Origin: Eledone cirrhosa
Taxonomy: Eukaryota
Assembly: GCA_964016885.1 (NCBI GenBank)
Contig: OZ024744.1
Location: 5,394,001 to 5,458,000 of the forward strand
Reading direction: 5' to 3'
Length of the DNA stretch: 64,000 nucleotides
Every line of letters starts with the position of its first letter. The first letter of the stretch is position 1. Shown here in pieces: positions 12,601 through 27,200 of the stretch. The translations under genes and the position numbers were made by a program. The notes under the pieces are model-generated. The model was not told where the DNA came from and ran no database searches. It saw nothing but the letters and a program-made list of their open reading frames with translations.

Positions 12601-15600
12601 CTCCAATATACTGTAGACGGTAAATACACCAACAAACTGTAGCCGGTAAAGAAACCAACAAACTACTGTGTAGCCGGTAAAGACACCAACAAACTATTGT
12701 TTAGCCGGTAAAGACAACAACAAACTATTGTGTAGCCGGCAAAGACAACAACAAACTATTGTGTAGTTGGTAAAGACACCATCAAACTATTGTATAGGCG
12801 GTAAAGACACCAACAAAGTATGGTGTAGCCGGTAAAGATAGCAACAAACTATTGTGTAGCCAGTAAAGGCACCAACAACTATCGTGTAGCCGGTAAAGAC
12901 ACCAACAAACTGTAGCCGGATAAGACACCAACAAACCATTGTGTAGCCGGCAAAGACAACAACAAACTATTGTGTAGCCGGTAAAGACACGAACAAACTA
13001 ATATGGAGCCGGTAAAGACACCAACAAACTATTGTGTTGCCGGTAAAGACACCAACAAACTATCGTGTAGCCGGTAAAGATAGCAACAAACTATTGTGTA
13101 GCCAGTAAAGACACCAACAAACTATTGTGTAGCCGGTAAAGACACCAACAAACTATTGTGTAGCCTGTAAGACACCAACAAACTATTGTGTAGCCGCTAA
13201 AGACACCAACAAACTATTGTGTAACCGGTAAAGACTCCAACAAACTATTGTGTAGTCGGTAAAGTCAACAACAAACTATTGTGTAGACGGTAAAGACACC
13301 AACAAAGTATAGTGTAGCCAGTAAAGACACCAACAAACTATTGTGTAGCCGGTAAAGATACCAACAAACTATTCTGTAGCCTGTAAAGACAGCAACAAAC
13401 TATTGTGTAGCCGGTAAAGACAACAACAAACTATTGTGTAGCCGGTAAAGGCACCAACAGACTATTGTGTAGCCGGTAAAGACACCAACAAACTATTGTG
13501 TAGCCGGTAAAGACACCAACAAACTATTGTTTAGCCGGTAAAGACACCAACAAACTATTGTGTAGCCGGAAAAGACACCAACAAATTATTGCGTAGCCGG
13601 TAAAGACACCAGCAAACTAATGTGTAGCCGGTAACGACAACAAACTATTGTGTAGCCGGTAAAGACACCAACAAACTGTAGCTGGTAAAGACACCAACAA
13701 ACTATTGTGTAGCCGGTAAAGACAACAATTTATTGTGTAGCCGGTAAAGACAACAACAAACCAATGTGTAGCCGGTAAAGACACCAACAAACTAATATGT
13801 AGCCGGTAAAGACCCTAACAAACTATTGTGTAGCCGGTAAAGACACCAACAAACTAATGTGTAGCCGGTAAAGACACCAGCAAACTAATATGTAGCCGGT
13901 AAAGACACCAACAAACTATCGTGTAGCCGCTAAAAAAACCAACAAACTATTGTGTAGCCGGTAAAGACACCAATAAACTATTGTGTAGCCGGTTAAGACA
14001 ACAACAAACTATTGTGTAGCCGGTAAAGACACCAGCAAACTAATATGTAGCCGGTAAAGACACCAACATACTATTGTGTAGCCGCTAAAGACACCAACAA
14101 ACTATTGTGTAGCCGGTAAAGACACCAATAAACTATTGTGTAGCCGGTTAAGACAACAACAAACTATTGTGTAGCCGGTACAGACACCAACAAAATATTG
14201 TGTAGCCGGTAAAGGCCCCAACAAACTATTGTGTTGCCGGTAAAGACACCAACAAACTATTGTGTAACCGGTAAAGACACCAACAAACTATTGTGTAGCC
14301 GGCAAAGACACCAACAAACTAATGTGTAGCCGGTAAAGACACCAACAAACTATTGTGTAGCCGGTAAAGACAACAACAAACTATTGTGTAGCCGATAAAC
14401 AACAACAAACTATTATGTATCCGGTAAAGACACCAACAAATTAATGTGTAGCCGGTAAAGACACCAACAAACTATTGTGTAGCCGGTAAAGACAACAACA
14501 CACTATTGTGTAGCCGGCAAAGACACCAACAAACTAATGTGTAGCCGGTAAAGACACCAACAAACTATTGTGTAGCCGGTAAAGATACCAACAAACTATT
14601 CTGTAGCCTGTAAAGACAGCAACAAACTATTGTGTAGCCGGTAAAGACAACAACAAACTATTGTGTAGCCGGTAAAGACACCAACAAAGTATAGTGTAGC
14701 CGGTAAAGACACCAACAAACTATTGTGTAGCCGGTAAAGATACCAACAAACCATTCTGTAGCCTGTAAAGACAGCAACAAACTATTGTGTAGCCGGTAAA
14801 GACAACAACAGACTATTGTGTAGCCGGTAAAGACACCAACAGACAATTGTGTAGCCGGTAAAGAGACCAACAAACTATTGTGTAGCCGGTAAAGACACCA
14901 ACAAACTATTGTGTAGCCGGTAAAGACACCAACAAACTATTGTGTAGCCGGAAAAGACACTAACAAATTATTGCGTAGCCGGTAAAGACAGCAACAAACT
15001 ATTGTGTAGCCGGTAACGACACCAACAAACTAATGTGTAGCCGGTAAAGAAACCAACAAATTATTGTGTAGGCGGCAAATACACCAACAAACTAATGTGT
15101 AGCCGGTAAAGGCACCAACAAACTATTGTGTAGCCGGTAAAGACAACAACAAACTATTGTGTAGCCGGTAAAGACAACAACAAACTATTGTGTAGCCGGT
15201 AAAGACACCAACAAACTATATTGTGTAGCCGGTAAAGACACCATCAAACGAATGTGTAGCCGGTAAGGACACCAGCAAACTAATATGTAGCCGGTAAAGA
15301 CACCAACAAACTATTGTGCAGCCGCTAAAGACACCAACAAACTATTGTGTAGCCGGTAAAAACACCAATAAACTATTGTGTAGCCGGTTAAGACAACAAC
15401 AAACTATTGTGTAGCCGGTAAAGACACCAACAAACTATTGTGTAGCCGTAAAGACACCAGCAAGCTAATATGTAGCCGGTAAAGACACCAACAAACTATT
15501 GTGTAGCCGCTAAAGACACCAACAAACTATTGTGTAGCCGGTAAAGACAACAACAAACCAATGTGTAGCCGGTAAAGACACCAACAAACTATTGTGTAGC

Positions 15601-18600
15601 CGGTTAAGACAACAACAAACTATTGTGTAGCCGGTACAGACACCAACAAACTATTGTGTAGCCGGTAAAGGCCCCAACAAACTATTGTGTTGCCGGTAAA
15701 GACACCAACAAACTATTGTGTAGCCGGTAAAGACACCAACAAACTATTGTGTAGCCGGCAAAGACACCAACAAACTAATGTGTAGCCGGTAAAGACACCA
15801 ACAAACTATTGTGTAGCCGGTAAAGACAACAACAAACTATTGTGTAGCCGATAAAGACAACAACAAACTATTGTGTAGCCGGTAAAGACACCAACAAATT
15901 AATGTGTAGCCGGTAAAGACACCAACAAACTATTGTGTAGCCGGTAAAGACAACTACACACTATTGTGTAGCCGGTAAAGACACCAACAGACTACTGTGT
16001 AGCCGGTAAAGACACCAACAAACTATTGTGTAGCCGGTAAAGACACCAATAAATTATTGTGTAGCCGGTAAAGACACCAACAAACTATTGTGTAGCCGCT
16101 AAAGACACCAAGAAACTATTGTGTAGCCGGTAAAGACACCAACAAACTAATGTGTAGCCGGTAAAGACACCAACAAACTATTGTGTAGACGGTAAAGATA
16201 CCAACAAACTATTCTGTAGCCTGTAAAGACAGCAACAAACTATTGTGTAGCCGGTAAAGTCACCAACAAACTAATGTGTAGCCGGTAAAGACATCAACAA
16301 ACTATTGTGTAGACGGTAAAGATACCAACAAACTATTCTGTAGCCTGTAAAGACAGCAACAAACTATTGTGTAGCCGGTAAAGACAACAACAAACTATTG
16401 TATAGCCGGTAAAGACACAAACAAACTATTGTGTAGCCGGTAAAGTCACCAACAAACTAATGTGTAGCCGGTAAAGACACCAACAAACTATTGTGTAGCC
16501 GGTAAAGACACCAATAAACTGTAGCCGGTAAATACACCAACAAACTATTGTGTAGCCAGTAAAAATACCAACAAACTATTGTGTAACCGGTTAAGACACC
16601 AACAAACTATTGTGTAGCCGGTAAAGACACCAACAAACTATTGAGTAGTCTGTAAAGACAGGAACAAACTAATACGTAGCCGTTAAAGGCACCAACAAAC
16701 AATTGTGTAGCCGGTAAAGACACCAACGAACTACTGTGTTGCCGGTAAAGACACCAACAAACTATTGTGTAGCCGGTAAAGGAACCAACACCTATTGTGT
16801 AGCCGGTAAAGACACCAACAAACTGTAGCTGGTTAAGACACCAAGACACCAACAAACTATTGTATAGCCGGCAAGGACAACAACAAACTATAGTGTAGCT
16901 GGTAAAGACACCAACAAACTATTATGAAGCTGGTAAAGACACCAACGAACTGTTGTGTAGCCGGTAAAGACACCAACAAATTATTGTGTAGCCGGTAAAG
17001 ACACGAACAAACTAATATGGAGCCGGTAAAGACACCAACAAACTATTGTGTTGCCGGTAAAGACACCAATAAACTATTGTGTAGCCGGCAAAGACAACAG
17101 CAAACTATTGTGTAGCCGGTAAAGACACGAACAAACTGTAGCCGGTTAAGACACCAACAAACCATTGTGTAGCCGGCAAAGACAACAACAAACTATTGTG
17201 TAGCCGGTAAAGACACGAACAAACTAATATGGAGCCGGTAAAGACACCAACAAACTATTGTGTTGCCGGTAAAGACACCAATAAACTATTGTGTAGCCGG
17301 TAAAGACAGCAACAAACTATTGTGTAGCCAGTAAAGACACCAACAAACTATTGTGTAGCCAGTAAAGGCACCAGCAAACTATTGTGTAGCCGGTAGAGAC
17401 ACCAACAAACTGTCGTGTAGCCGGTAAAGACTCCAATAAACTGTAGCCGGTAAATACACCAACAAACTGTAGCCGGTAAAGAAACCAACAAACTACTGTG
17501 TAGCCGGTAAAGACACCAACAAACTATTGTTTAGCCGGTAAAGACACCAACAAACTATTGTGTAGCCGGCAAAGACAACAACAAACTATTGTGTAGTTGG
17601 TAAAGACACCATCAAACTATTGTATAGGCGGTAAAGACACCAACAAAGTATGGTGTAGCCGGTAAAGACACCAACGAACTATTGTGTAGCCGGTAAAGAC
17701 ACCAACAAATTATTGTGTAGCCGGTAAAGACACCAACAAACTATTGAGTAGCTGGTAAAGACACGAACAAACTAATATGTAGCCGGTAAAGACACCAACA
17801 CTCTGTAGCCGGTTAAGACACCAACAAACCATTGTGTAGCCGGCAAAGACAACAACAAACTATAGTGTAGCCGGTAAAGACACGAACAAACTAATATGTA
17901 GCCGGTAAAGACACGAACAAACTATTGTGTTGCCGGTAAAGACACCAACAAACTATTGTGTAGCCGGCAAAGACAGCAACAAACTATTGTGTAGCCAGTA
18001 AAGAAACCAACAAACTATTGTGTAGCCGGTAAAGACAGCAACAAACTATTGTGTAGCCAGTAAAGACACGAACAAACTATTGTGTAGCCGGTAAAGACAC
18101 CAACAAATTATTGTGTAGCCGGTAAAGACACCAACAAACTATTGAGTAGCTGGTAAAGACACGAACAAACTAATATGTAGCCGGTAAAGACACCAAGAAA
18201 CTATTGTGTAGCCGGTAAAGACACCAAGAAACTATTGTGTAGCCGCTAAAGATACCAACAAACTATTGTGTAGCCTGTAAGACACCAAAAAACTATTGTG
18301 TAACCGGTAAAGACTCCAACAAACTATTGTGTAGTCGGTAAAGTCAACAACAAACTATTGTGTAGACGGTAAAAACAACAACAAACTATTGTGTAGCCGG
18401 TAAAGGCACCAACAGACTATTGTGTAGCCGGTAAAGACACCAACAAACTATTGTGTAGCCGGTAAAGACACCAACAAACTATTGTTTAGCCGGAAAAGAC
18501 ACCAACAAATTATTGCGTAGCCGGTAAAGACACCAACAAACTAATGTGTAGCCGGTAAAGACAACAATCTATTGTGTAGCCGGTAAAGACAACAACAAAC

Positions 18601-21290
18601 TATTGTGTAGCCGGTAAAGACACCAACAAACTGTAGCCGGTAAATACACCAACAAACTATTGTGTAGCCGGTAAAGACAACAATCTATTGTGTAGCCGGT
18701 AAAGACAACAACAAACCAATGTGTAGCCGGTAAAGACACCAACAAACTAATATGTAGCCGGTAAAGACCCTAACAAACTATTGTGTAGCCGGTAAAGACA
18801 CCAACAAACTATTGTGTAGCCGGTAAAGACACCAATAAATTATTGTGTAGCCGGTTAAGACCACAACATCTATTGTGTAGCCGGTAAAGACACCAACAAA
18901 CTATATTGTGTAGCCGGTAAAGACACCAACAAACTAATGTGTAGCCGGTCAAGACACCAGCAACTAATATGTAGCCGGTAAAGACACCAACAAACTATCG
19001 TGTAGCCGCTAAAGACACCAACAAACTATTGTGTAGCCGGTAAAGACACCAATAAACTATTGTGTAGCCGGTTAAGACAACAACAAACTATTGTGTAGCC
19101 GGTACAGACACCAACAAACTATTGTGTAGCCGGTAAAGGCCCCAACAAACTATTGTGTTGCCGGTAATGACACCAACAATCTATTGTGTAACCGGTAAAG
19201 ACACCAACAAACTATTGTGTAGCCGGCAAAGACACCAACAAACTAATGTATAGCCGGTAAAGACACCAACAAACTATTGTGTAGCCGGTAAAGACAACAA
19301 CAAACTATTGTGTAGCCGATAAACAACAACAAACTACTATGTATCCGGTAAAGACACCAACAAATTAATGTGTAGCCGGTAAAGACACCAACAAACTATT
19401 GTGTAGCCGGTAAAGACAACAACAAACTATTGTGTAGCCGGTAAAGACACCAACAAAGTATAGTGTAGCCGGTAAAGACACCAACAAACTATTGCGTAGC
19501 CGGTAAAGACACCAACAGACAATTGTGTAGCCGGTAAAGACACCAACAAACTATTGTATAGCCGGTAAAGACACCAACAAACTATTGTGTGGCCGGTAAA
19601 GACACCAACAAACTATTGTGTAGCCGGAAAAGACACCAACAAATTATTGCGTAGCCGGTAAAGACACCAACAAACTATTGTGTAGCCGGTAAAGAAACCA
19701 ACAAACTAATGTGTAGCCGGTAAAGAAACCAACAAATTATTGAGTAGGCGGCAAATACACCAACAAACTAATGTGTAGCCGGCAAAGGCACCAACAAACT
19801 ATTGTGTAGCCGGTAAAGACAACAACAAACTATTGTGTAGCCGGTAAAGACAACAACAAACTATTGTGTAGCCGGTAAAGACACCAACAAACTGTAGCCG
19901 GTAAAGACACCAACAAACTATTGTGTAGCCGGTAAAGACAACAATCTATTGTGTAGCCGGTTAAGACAACAACAAACCAATGTGTAGCCGGTAAAGACAC
20001 CAACAAACTATATTGTGTAGCCGGTAAAGACACCATCAAACTAATGTGTAGCCGGTAAAGACAGCAACAAACTATTGTGTAGCCGGCAAAGACAACAACA
20101 AACTATTGTGTAGCCGGTAAAGACACGAACAAACTAATATGGAGCCGGTAAAGACACCAACAAACTATTGTGTTGCCGGTAAAGACACCAAGAAACTATT
20201 GTGTAGCCGCTAAAGATACCAACAAACTATTGTGTAGCCTGTAAGACACCAACAAACTATTGTGTAGCCGGTAAAGACAACAACACACTATTGTGTAGCC
20301 GGCAAAGACACCAACAAACTAATGTGTAGCCGGTAAAGACACCAACAAACTATTGTGTAGCCGGTAAAGATACCAACAAACTATTCTGTAGCCTGTAAAG
20401 ACAGCAACAAACTATTGTGTAGCCGGTAAAGACAACAACAAACTATTGTGTAGCCGGTAAAGACACCAACAAAGTATAGTGTAGCCGGTAAAGACACCAA
20501 CAAACTATTGTGTAGCCGGTAAAGATACCAACAAACTATTCTGTAGCCTGTAAAGACAGCAACAAACTATTGTGTAGCCGTTAAAGACAACAACAAACTA
20601 TTGCGTAGCCGGTAAAGACACCAACAGACAATTGTGTAGCCGGTAAAGACACCAACAAACTATTGTGTAGCCGGTAAAGACACCAACAAACTATTGTGTG
20701 GCCGGTAAAGACACCAACAAACTATTGTGTAGCCGGAAAAGACACCAACAAATTATTGCGTAGCCGGTTAAGACACCAACAAACTATTGTGTAGCCGGTA
20801 AAGAAACCAACAAACTAATGTGTAGCCGGTAAAGAAACCAACAAATTATTGTGTAGGCGGCAAATACACCAACAAACTAATGTGTAGCCGGTAAAGGCAC
20901 CAACAAACTATTGTGTAGCCGGTAAAGACAACAACAAACTATTGTGTAGCCGGTAAAGACAACAACAAACTATTGTGTAGCCGGTAAAGACACCAACAAA
21001 CTGTAGCCGGTAAAGACACCAACAAACTATTGTGTAGCCGGTAAAGACAACAATCTATTGTGTAGCCGGTAAAGACAACAACAAACCAATGTGTAGCCGG
21101 TAAAGACACCAACAAACTATATTGTGTAGCCGGTAAAGACACCATCAAACTAATGTGTAGCCGGTAAAGACACCAGCAAACTAATATGTAGCCGGTAAAG
21201 ACACCAACAAACTATCGTGTAGCCGCTAAAGACATCAACAAACTATTGTGTAGCCGGTAAAGACACCAATAAACTATTGTGTAGCCGGTT
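6629..21290. repeat. Higher-order tandem duplication, copy 1 (14,662 bp)
   Basis: Identical spurious ORFs recur at +14,662 (6790/21452, 7189/21851, 7954/22616, 10541/25203, 11737/26399, 14658/29320, 16607/31269). Rare monomer variants are collinear between the copies. Confidence 0.93.
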
Positions 21291-24200
21291 AAGACAACAA
21301 CAAACTATTGTGTAGCCGGTAAAGACACCAACAAACTGTAGCCGGTAAAGACACCAACAAACTATTGTGTAGCCGGTAAAGACAACAATCTATTGTGTAG
21401 CCGGTAAAGACAACAACAAACCAATGTGTAGCCGGTAAAGACTCCAACAAACTAATATGTAGCTGGTAAAGACACCAACAAATTATTGTGTAGCCGGTTA
21501 AGACAATAACAACTATTGTGTAGCCGGTAAAGACACCAACAAACTATATGGTGTAGCCGGTAAAGACACCAACAAAATAATGTGTAGCCGGTAAAGACAC
21601 CAGCAAAATAATATGTAGCCGGTAAAGACAACAACAAACTATTGTGTAGCCGTTAAAGACATAAACGAACTATTGTGTAGCCGGTAAAGACACCAACAAA
21701 CTATTGTATAGCCGGTAAAGTCACAAACAAACTATTGTGTAGCCGGTAAAGACACCAACAAACTAATGTGTAGCCGGTAAAGACACCAACAAACTATTGT
21801 GTAGCCGGTAAAGACACCAATAAACTGTAGCCGGTAAAGACACCAACAAACTATTGTGTAGCCGGTAAAAACACCAACAAACTATTGTGTAACCGGTAAA
21901 GACACCAACAAACTATTGTGTAGCCGGTAAAGACACCAACAAACAATTGTGTAGCCGGTAATGACATCAACAAACTATTGTGTAGCCGGTAAAGACACCA
22001 ACGAACTACTGTGTTGCCGGTAAAGACACCAACAAAATATTGTGTAGCCGGTAAAGGCACCAACAATTATTGTGTAGCCGGTAAAGACACCAACAGACTG
22101 TAGCTGGTTAAGACACCAAGACACCAACAAACTATTGTATAGCCGGCAAGGACAACAACAAACTATTGTGTAGCTGGTAAAGACACCAACAAACTATTGT
22201 GTAGCCGGTAAAGACACGAACAAACTAATATGGAGCCGGTAAAGACACCAACAAACTATTGAGTAGCTGGTAAAGACACGAACAAACAAATATGTAGCCG
22301 GTAAATACACCAATAAACAATTGTGTAGAGACAGCAACAAACTGTCGTGTAGCCGGTAAAGACACCAATAAACTGTAGCCGGTAAAGAAACCAATAAACT
22401 ACTGTGTAGCCGGTAAAGACACCAACAACCTATTGTCTAGCCGGTAAAGACACCAACCAACTATTGCGTAGCCGGTAAAGACACCAAAAAACTATTGTGT
22501 AGCCGGTAAAGACACAAACAAACTAATGTGTAGCCGGTAAAGACACCAACAAAAGAATGTGTAGCCGGTAAAGAGACCAACAAACTAATGTGTAGCCGGT
22601 AAAGACCCCAACAAACTATTGTGTAGTTGGTAAAGACACCAACAAACTATTGTGTAGCCGGTAAAGACAACAACAAACTATTGTGTAGCCGGTAAAGACA
22701 CCAACAAAGTATAGTGTAGCCGGTAAAGACACCAACAAACTATTGTGTAGCCGGTAAAGATACCAACAAACTATTCTGTAGCCTGTAAAGACAGCAACAA
22801 AATATTGTGTAGCCGGTAAAGACAACAACAAACTATTGTGTAGCCGGTAATGACACCAACAGACAATTGAGTAGCCGGTAAAGACACCAACAAACTATTG
22901 TGTAGTCGGTAAAGACACCAATAAACTATTGTGTAGCCGGTAAAGACACCAACAAACTATTGTGTAGTCGGAAAAGACACCAACAACTTATTGAGTAGCC
23001 GGTAAAGACACCAACAAACTAATGTGTAGCCGGTAAAGAAACCAACAAATTATTGTGTAGGCGGCAAATACACCAACAAACTAATGTGTAGCCGGTAAAG
23101 GCACCAACAAACTATTGTGTAGCCGGTAAAGACAACAACAAACTGTAGCCGGTAAAGACACCAACAAACTATTGTGTAGCCGGTAAAGACAACAATCTAT
23201 TGTTTAGCCGGTAAAGACAACAACAAACCAATGTGTAGCCGGTAAAGTCACCAGCAAACTAATATGTAGCCGGTAAAGACACCAACAAACTATCGTGTAG
23301 CCGCTAAAGACACCAACAAACTATTGTGTAGCCGGTAAAGACACCAATAAACTATTGTGTAGCCGGTTAAGACAACAACAAACTATTGTGTAGCCGCTAA
23401 AGACACCAACAAACTATTGTGTAGCCGTAAAGACACCAGCAAGCTAATATGTAGCCGGTAAAGACACCAACAAACTATTGTGTAGCCGCTAAAGACACCA
23501 ACAAACTATTGTGTAGCTGCTAAAGATACCAACAAACTATTGTGTAACCGGTAAAGACTCCAACAAACTATTGTGTAGTCGGTAAAGTCAACAACAAACT
23601 ATTGTGTAGACGGTAAAGACACCAACATAGTATAGTGTAGCCGGTAAAGACACCAACAAACTATTGTGTAGCCGGTAAAGATACCAACAAACTATTCTGT
23701 AGCCTGTAAAGACAGCAACAAACTATTGTGTAGCCGGTAAAGACAACAACAAACTATTGTGTAGCCGGTAAAGACACCAACAGACTATTGTGTAGCCGGT
23801 AAAGAAACCAACAAACTATTGTGTAGCCGGTAAAGACACCAACAAACTATTGTTTAGCCGGTAAAGACACCAACAAACTATTGTGTAGCCGGAAAAGACA
23901 CCAACAAATTATTGCGTAGCCGGTAAAGACACCAACAATCTATTGTGTAGCCGGTAAAGACAACAACAAACTATTGTGTAGCCGGTAAAGACACCAACAA
24001 ACTGTAGCCGGTAAAGACACCAACTAACTATTGTGTAGCCGGTAAAGACAACAATCTATTGTGTAGCCGGTAAAGACAACAACAAACCAATGTGTAGCCG
24101 GTAAAGACACCAACAAACTAATATGTAGCCGGTAAAGACCCTAACAAACTATTGTGTAGCCGGTAAAGACACCAACAAACTATTGTGTAGCCGGTACAGA

Positions 24201-27200
24201 CACCAACAAACTATTGTGTAGCCGGTAAAGGCCCCAACAAACTATTGTGTTGCCGGTAAAGACACCAAAAAACTATTGTGTAACCGGTAAAGACACCAAC
24301 AAACTATTGTGTAGCCGGCAAAGACACCAACAAACTAATGTGTAGCCGGTAAAGACACCAACAAACTATTGTGTAGCCGGTACAGACACCAACAAACTAT
24401 TGTGTAGCCGGTAAAGGCCCCAACAAACTATTGTGTTGCCGGTAAAGACACCAACAAACTATTATGTTTCCGGTAAAGACACCAACAAATTAATGTGTAG
24501 CCGGTAAAGACACCAACAAACTATTGTGTAGCCGGTAAAGACAACAACACACTATTGTGTAGCCGGCAAAGACACCAACAAACTAATGTGTAGCCGGTAA
24601 AGACACCAACAAACTATTGCGTAGCCGGTAAAGATACCAACAAACTATTCTGTAGCCTGTAAAGACAACAACAAACTATTGTGTAGCCGGTAAAGACAAC
24701 AACAAACTATTGTGTAGCCGGTAAAGACACCAACAAAGTATAGTGTAGGCGGTAAAGACACCAACAAACTATTGTGTAGCCGGTAAAGATACCAACAAAC
24801 TATTCTGTAGCCTGTAAAGACAGCAACAAACTATTGTGTAGCCGGTAAAGACAACAACAAACTATTGTGTAGCCGGTAAAGACACCAACAGACAATAGTG
24901 TAGCCGGTAAAGACACCAACAAACTATTGTGTAGCCGGTAAAGACACCAACAAACTATTGTGTAGCCGGTAAAGACACCAACAAACTATTGTGTAGCCGG
25001 AAAAGACACCAACAAATTATTGCGTAGCCGGTAAAGACACCAAGAAACTATTGTGTAGCCGGTAAAGACACCAACAAACTAATGTGTAGCCGGTAAAGAA
25101 ACCAACAAATTATTGTGTAGGCGGCAAATACACCAACAAACTAATGTGTAGCCGGTAAAGGCACCAACAAACTATTGTGTAGCCGGTAAAGACAATAACA
25201 AACTATTGTGTAGCCGGTAAAGACAACAACAAACTATTGTGTAGCCGGTAAAGACACCAACAAACTGTAGCCGGTAAAGACACCAACAAACTATTGTGTA
25301 GCCGGTAAAGACAACAATCTATTGTGTAGCCGGTAAAGACAACAACAAACCAATGTGTAGCCGGTAAAGACACCAACAAACTATATTGTGTAGCCGGTAA
25401 AGACACCATCAAACTAATGTGTAGCCGGTAAAGACACCAGCAAACTAATATGTAGTCGGTAAAGACACCAACAAACTATCGTGTAGCCGCTAAAGACACC
25501 AACAAACTATTGTGTAGCCGGAAAAGACACCAACAAACTATTGTGTAGCCGGTTAATACAACAACAAACTATTGTGTAGCCGGTAAAGACACCAACAAAC
25601 TATTGTGTAGCCGTAAAGACACCAGCAAGCCAATATGTAGCCGGTAAAGACACCAACAAACTATTGTGTAGCCGCTAAAGACACCAACAAACTATTGTGT
25701 AGCCGGTAAAGACAACAACAAACCAATGTGTAGCCGGTAAAGACACCAACAAACTGTTGTGTAGCCGGTTAAGACAACAACAAACTATTGTGTAGCCGGT
25801 ACAGACACCAACAAACTATTGTGTAGCCGGTAAAGGCCCCAACAAACTATTGTGTTGCCGGTAAAGACACCAACAAACTATTGTGTAGCCGGTAAAGACA
25901 CCAACAAACTATTGTGTAGCCGGCAAAGACACCAACAAACTAATGTGTAGCCGGTAAAGACACCAACAAACTATTGTGTAGCCGGTAAAGACAACAACAA
26001 CTATTGTTTAGCCGGTAGAGTCAGCAACAAAATGTCGTGTAGCCGGTAAAGACACTAATAAACTGTAGCCGGTAAAGAAACCAACAAACTACTGTGTAGC
26101 CGGTAAATACACCAACAACCTATTGTCTAGCCGGTAAAGACACCAACCAACTATCGCGTAGCCGATAAAGACACCAACAAACTATTGTGTAGCCGGTAAA
26201 GACACAAACAAACTAATGTGTAGCCGGTAAAGACACCAACAAACGAATGTGTAGCCGGTAAAGAGACCAACAAACTAATGTGTAGCCGGTAAAGACCCCA
26301 ACAAACTATTGTGTAGTTGGTAAAGACACCAACAAACTATTATGTAGCCGGTAAAGACATCAACAAACTATTGTGTAGCCGGTAAAGACACCAACAATCT
26401 ATTGTATAGCCGGTAGAGACACCATCAAACTAATGTGTAGCCGGTAAAGACACCAACAAAGTATGGTGTAGCCGGTAAAGACACCAATAAACTGTAGCCG
26501 GTAAAGACACCAACAAACTGTAGCCGGTAAAGACACCAACAAACTATTGTGTAGCCGGTAAAGACACCAACAAACTATTATGAAGCCAGTAAAGACACCA
26601 ACGAACTGTTGTGTAGCCGGTAAAGACACCAACAAATTATTGTGTAGCCGGTAAAGACACCAACAAACTATTGAGTAGCTGGTAAAGACACGAACAAACT
26701 AATATGTAGCCCGTAAATACACAAACGAACAATTGTGTAGCCGGTAAAGACACCAACAAACTATTGTGTAGCCGGTAGAGACACCAACAAACTGTCGTGT
26801 AGCCGGTAAAGAATCCAATAAACTGTAGCCGGTAAATACACCAACAAACTGTAGCCGGTAAAGAAACCAACAATCTACTGTGTAGCCGGTAAAGACACCA
26901 ACAAACTATTGTTTAGCCGGTAAAGACACCAACAAACTATTGTGTAGCTGGCAAAGACAACAACAAACTATTGTGTAGTTGGTAAAGACACCATCAAACT
27001 ATTGTATAGGCGGTAAAGACACCAATAAAGTATGGTGTAGCCGGTAAAGACACCAACGAACTATTGTGTAGCCGGTAAAGACACCAACAAACTGTAGCCG
27101 GTTAAGACACCAACAAACTATTGAGTAGCTGGTAAAGACACGAACAAACTAATATGTAGCCGGTAAATACACAAACGAACAATTGTGTAGCCGGTAAAGA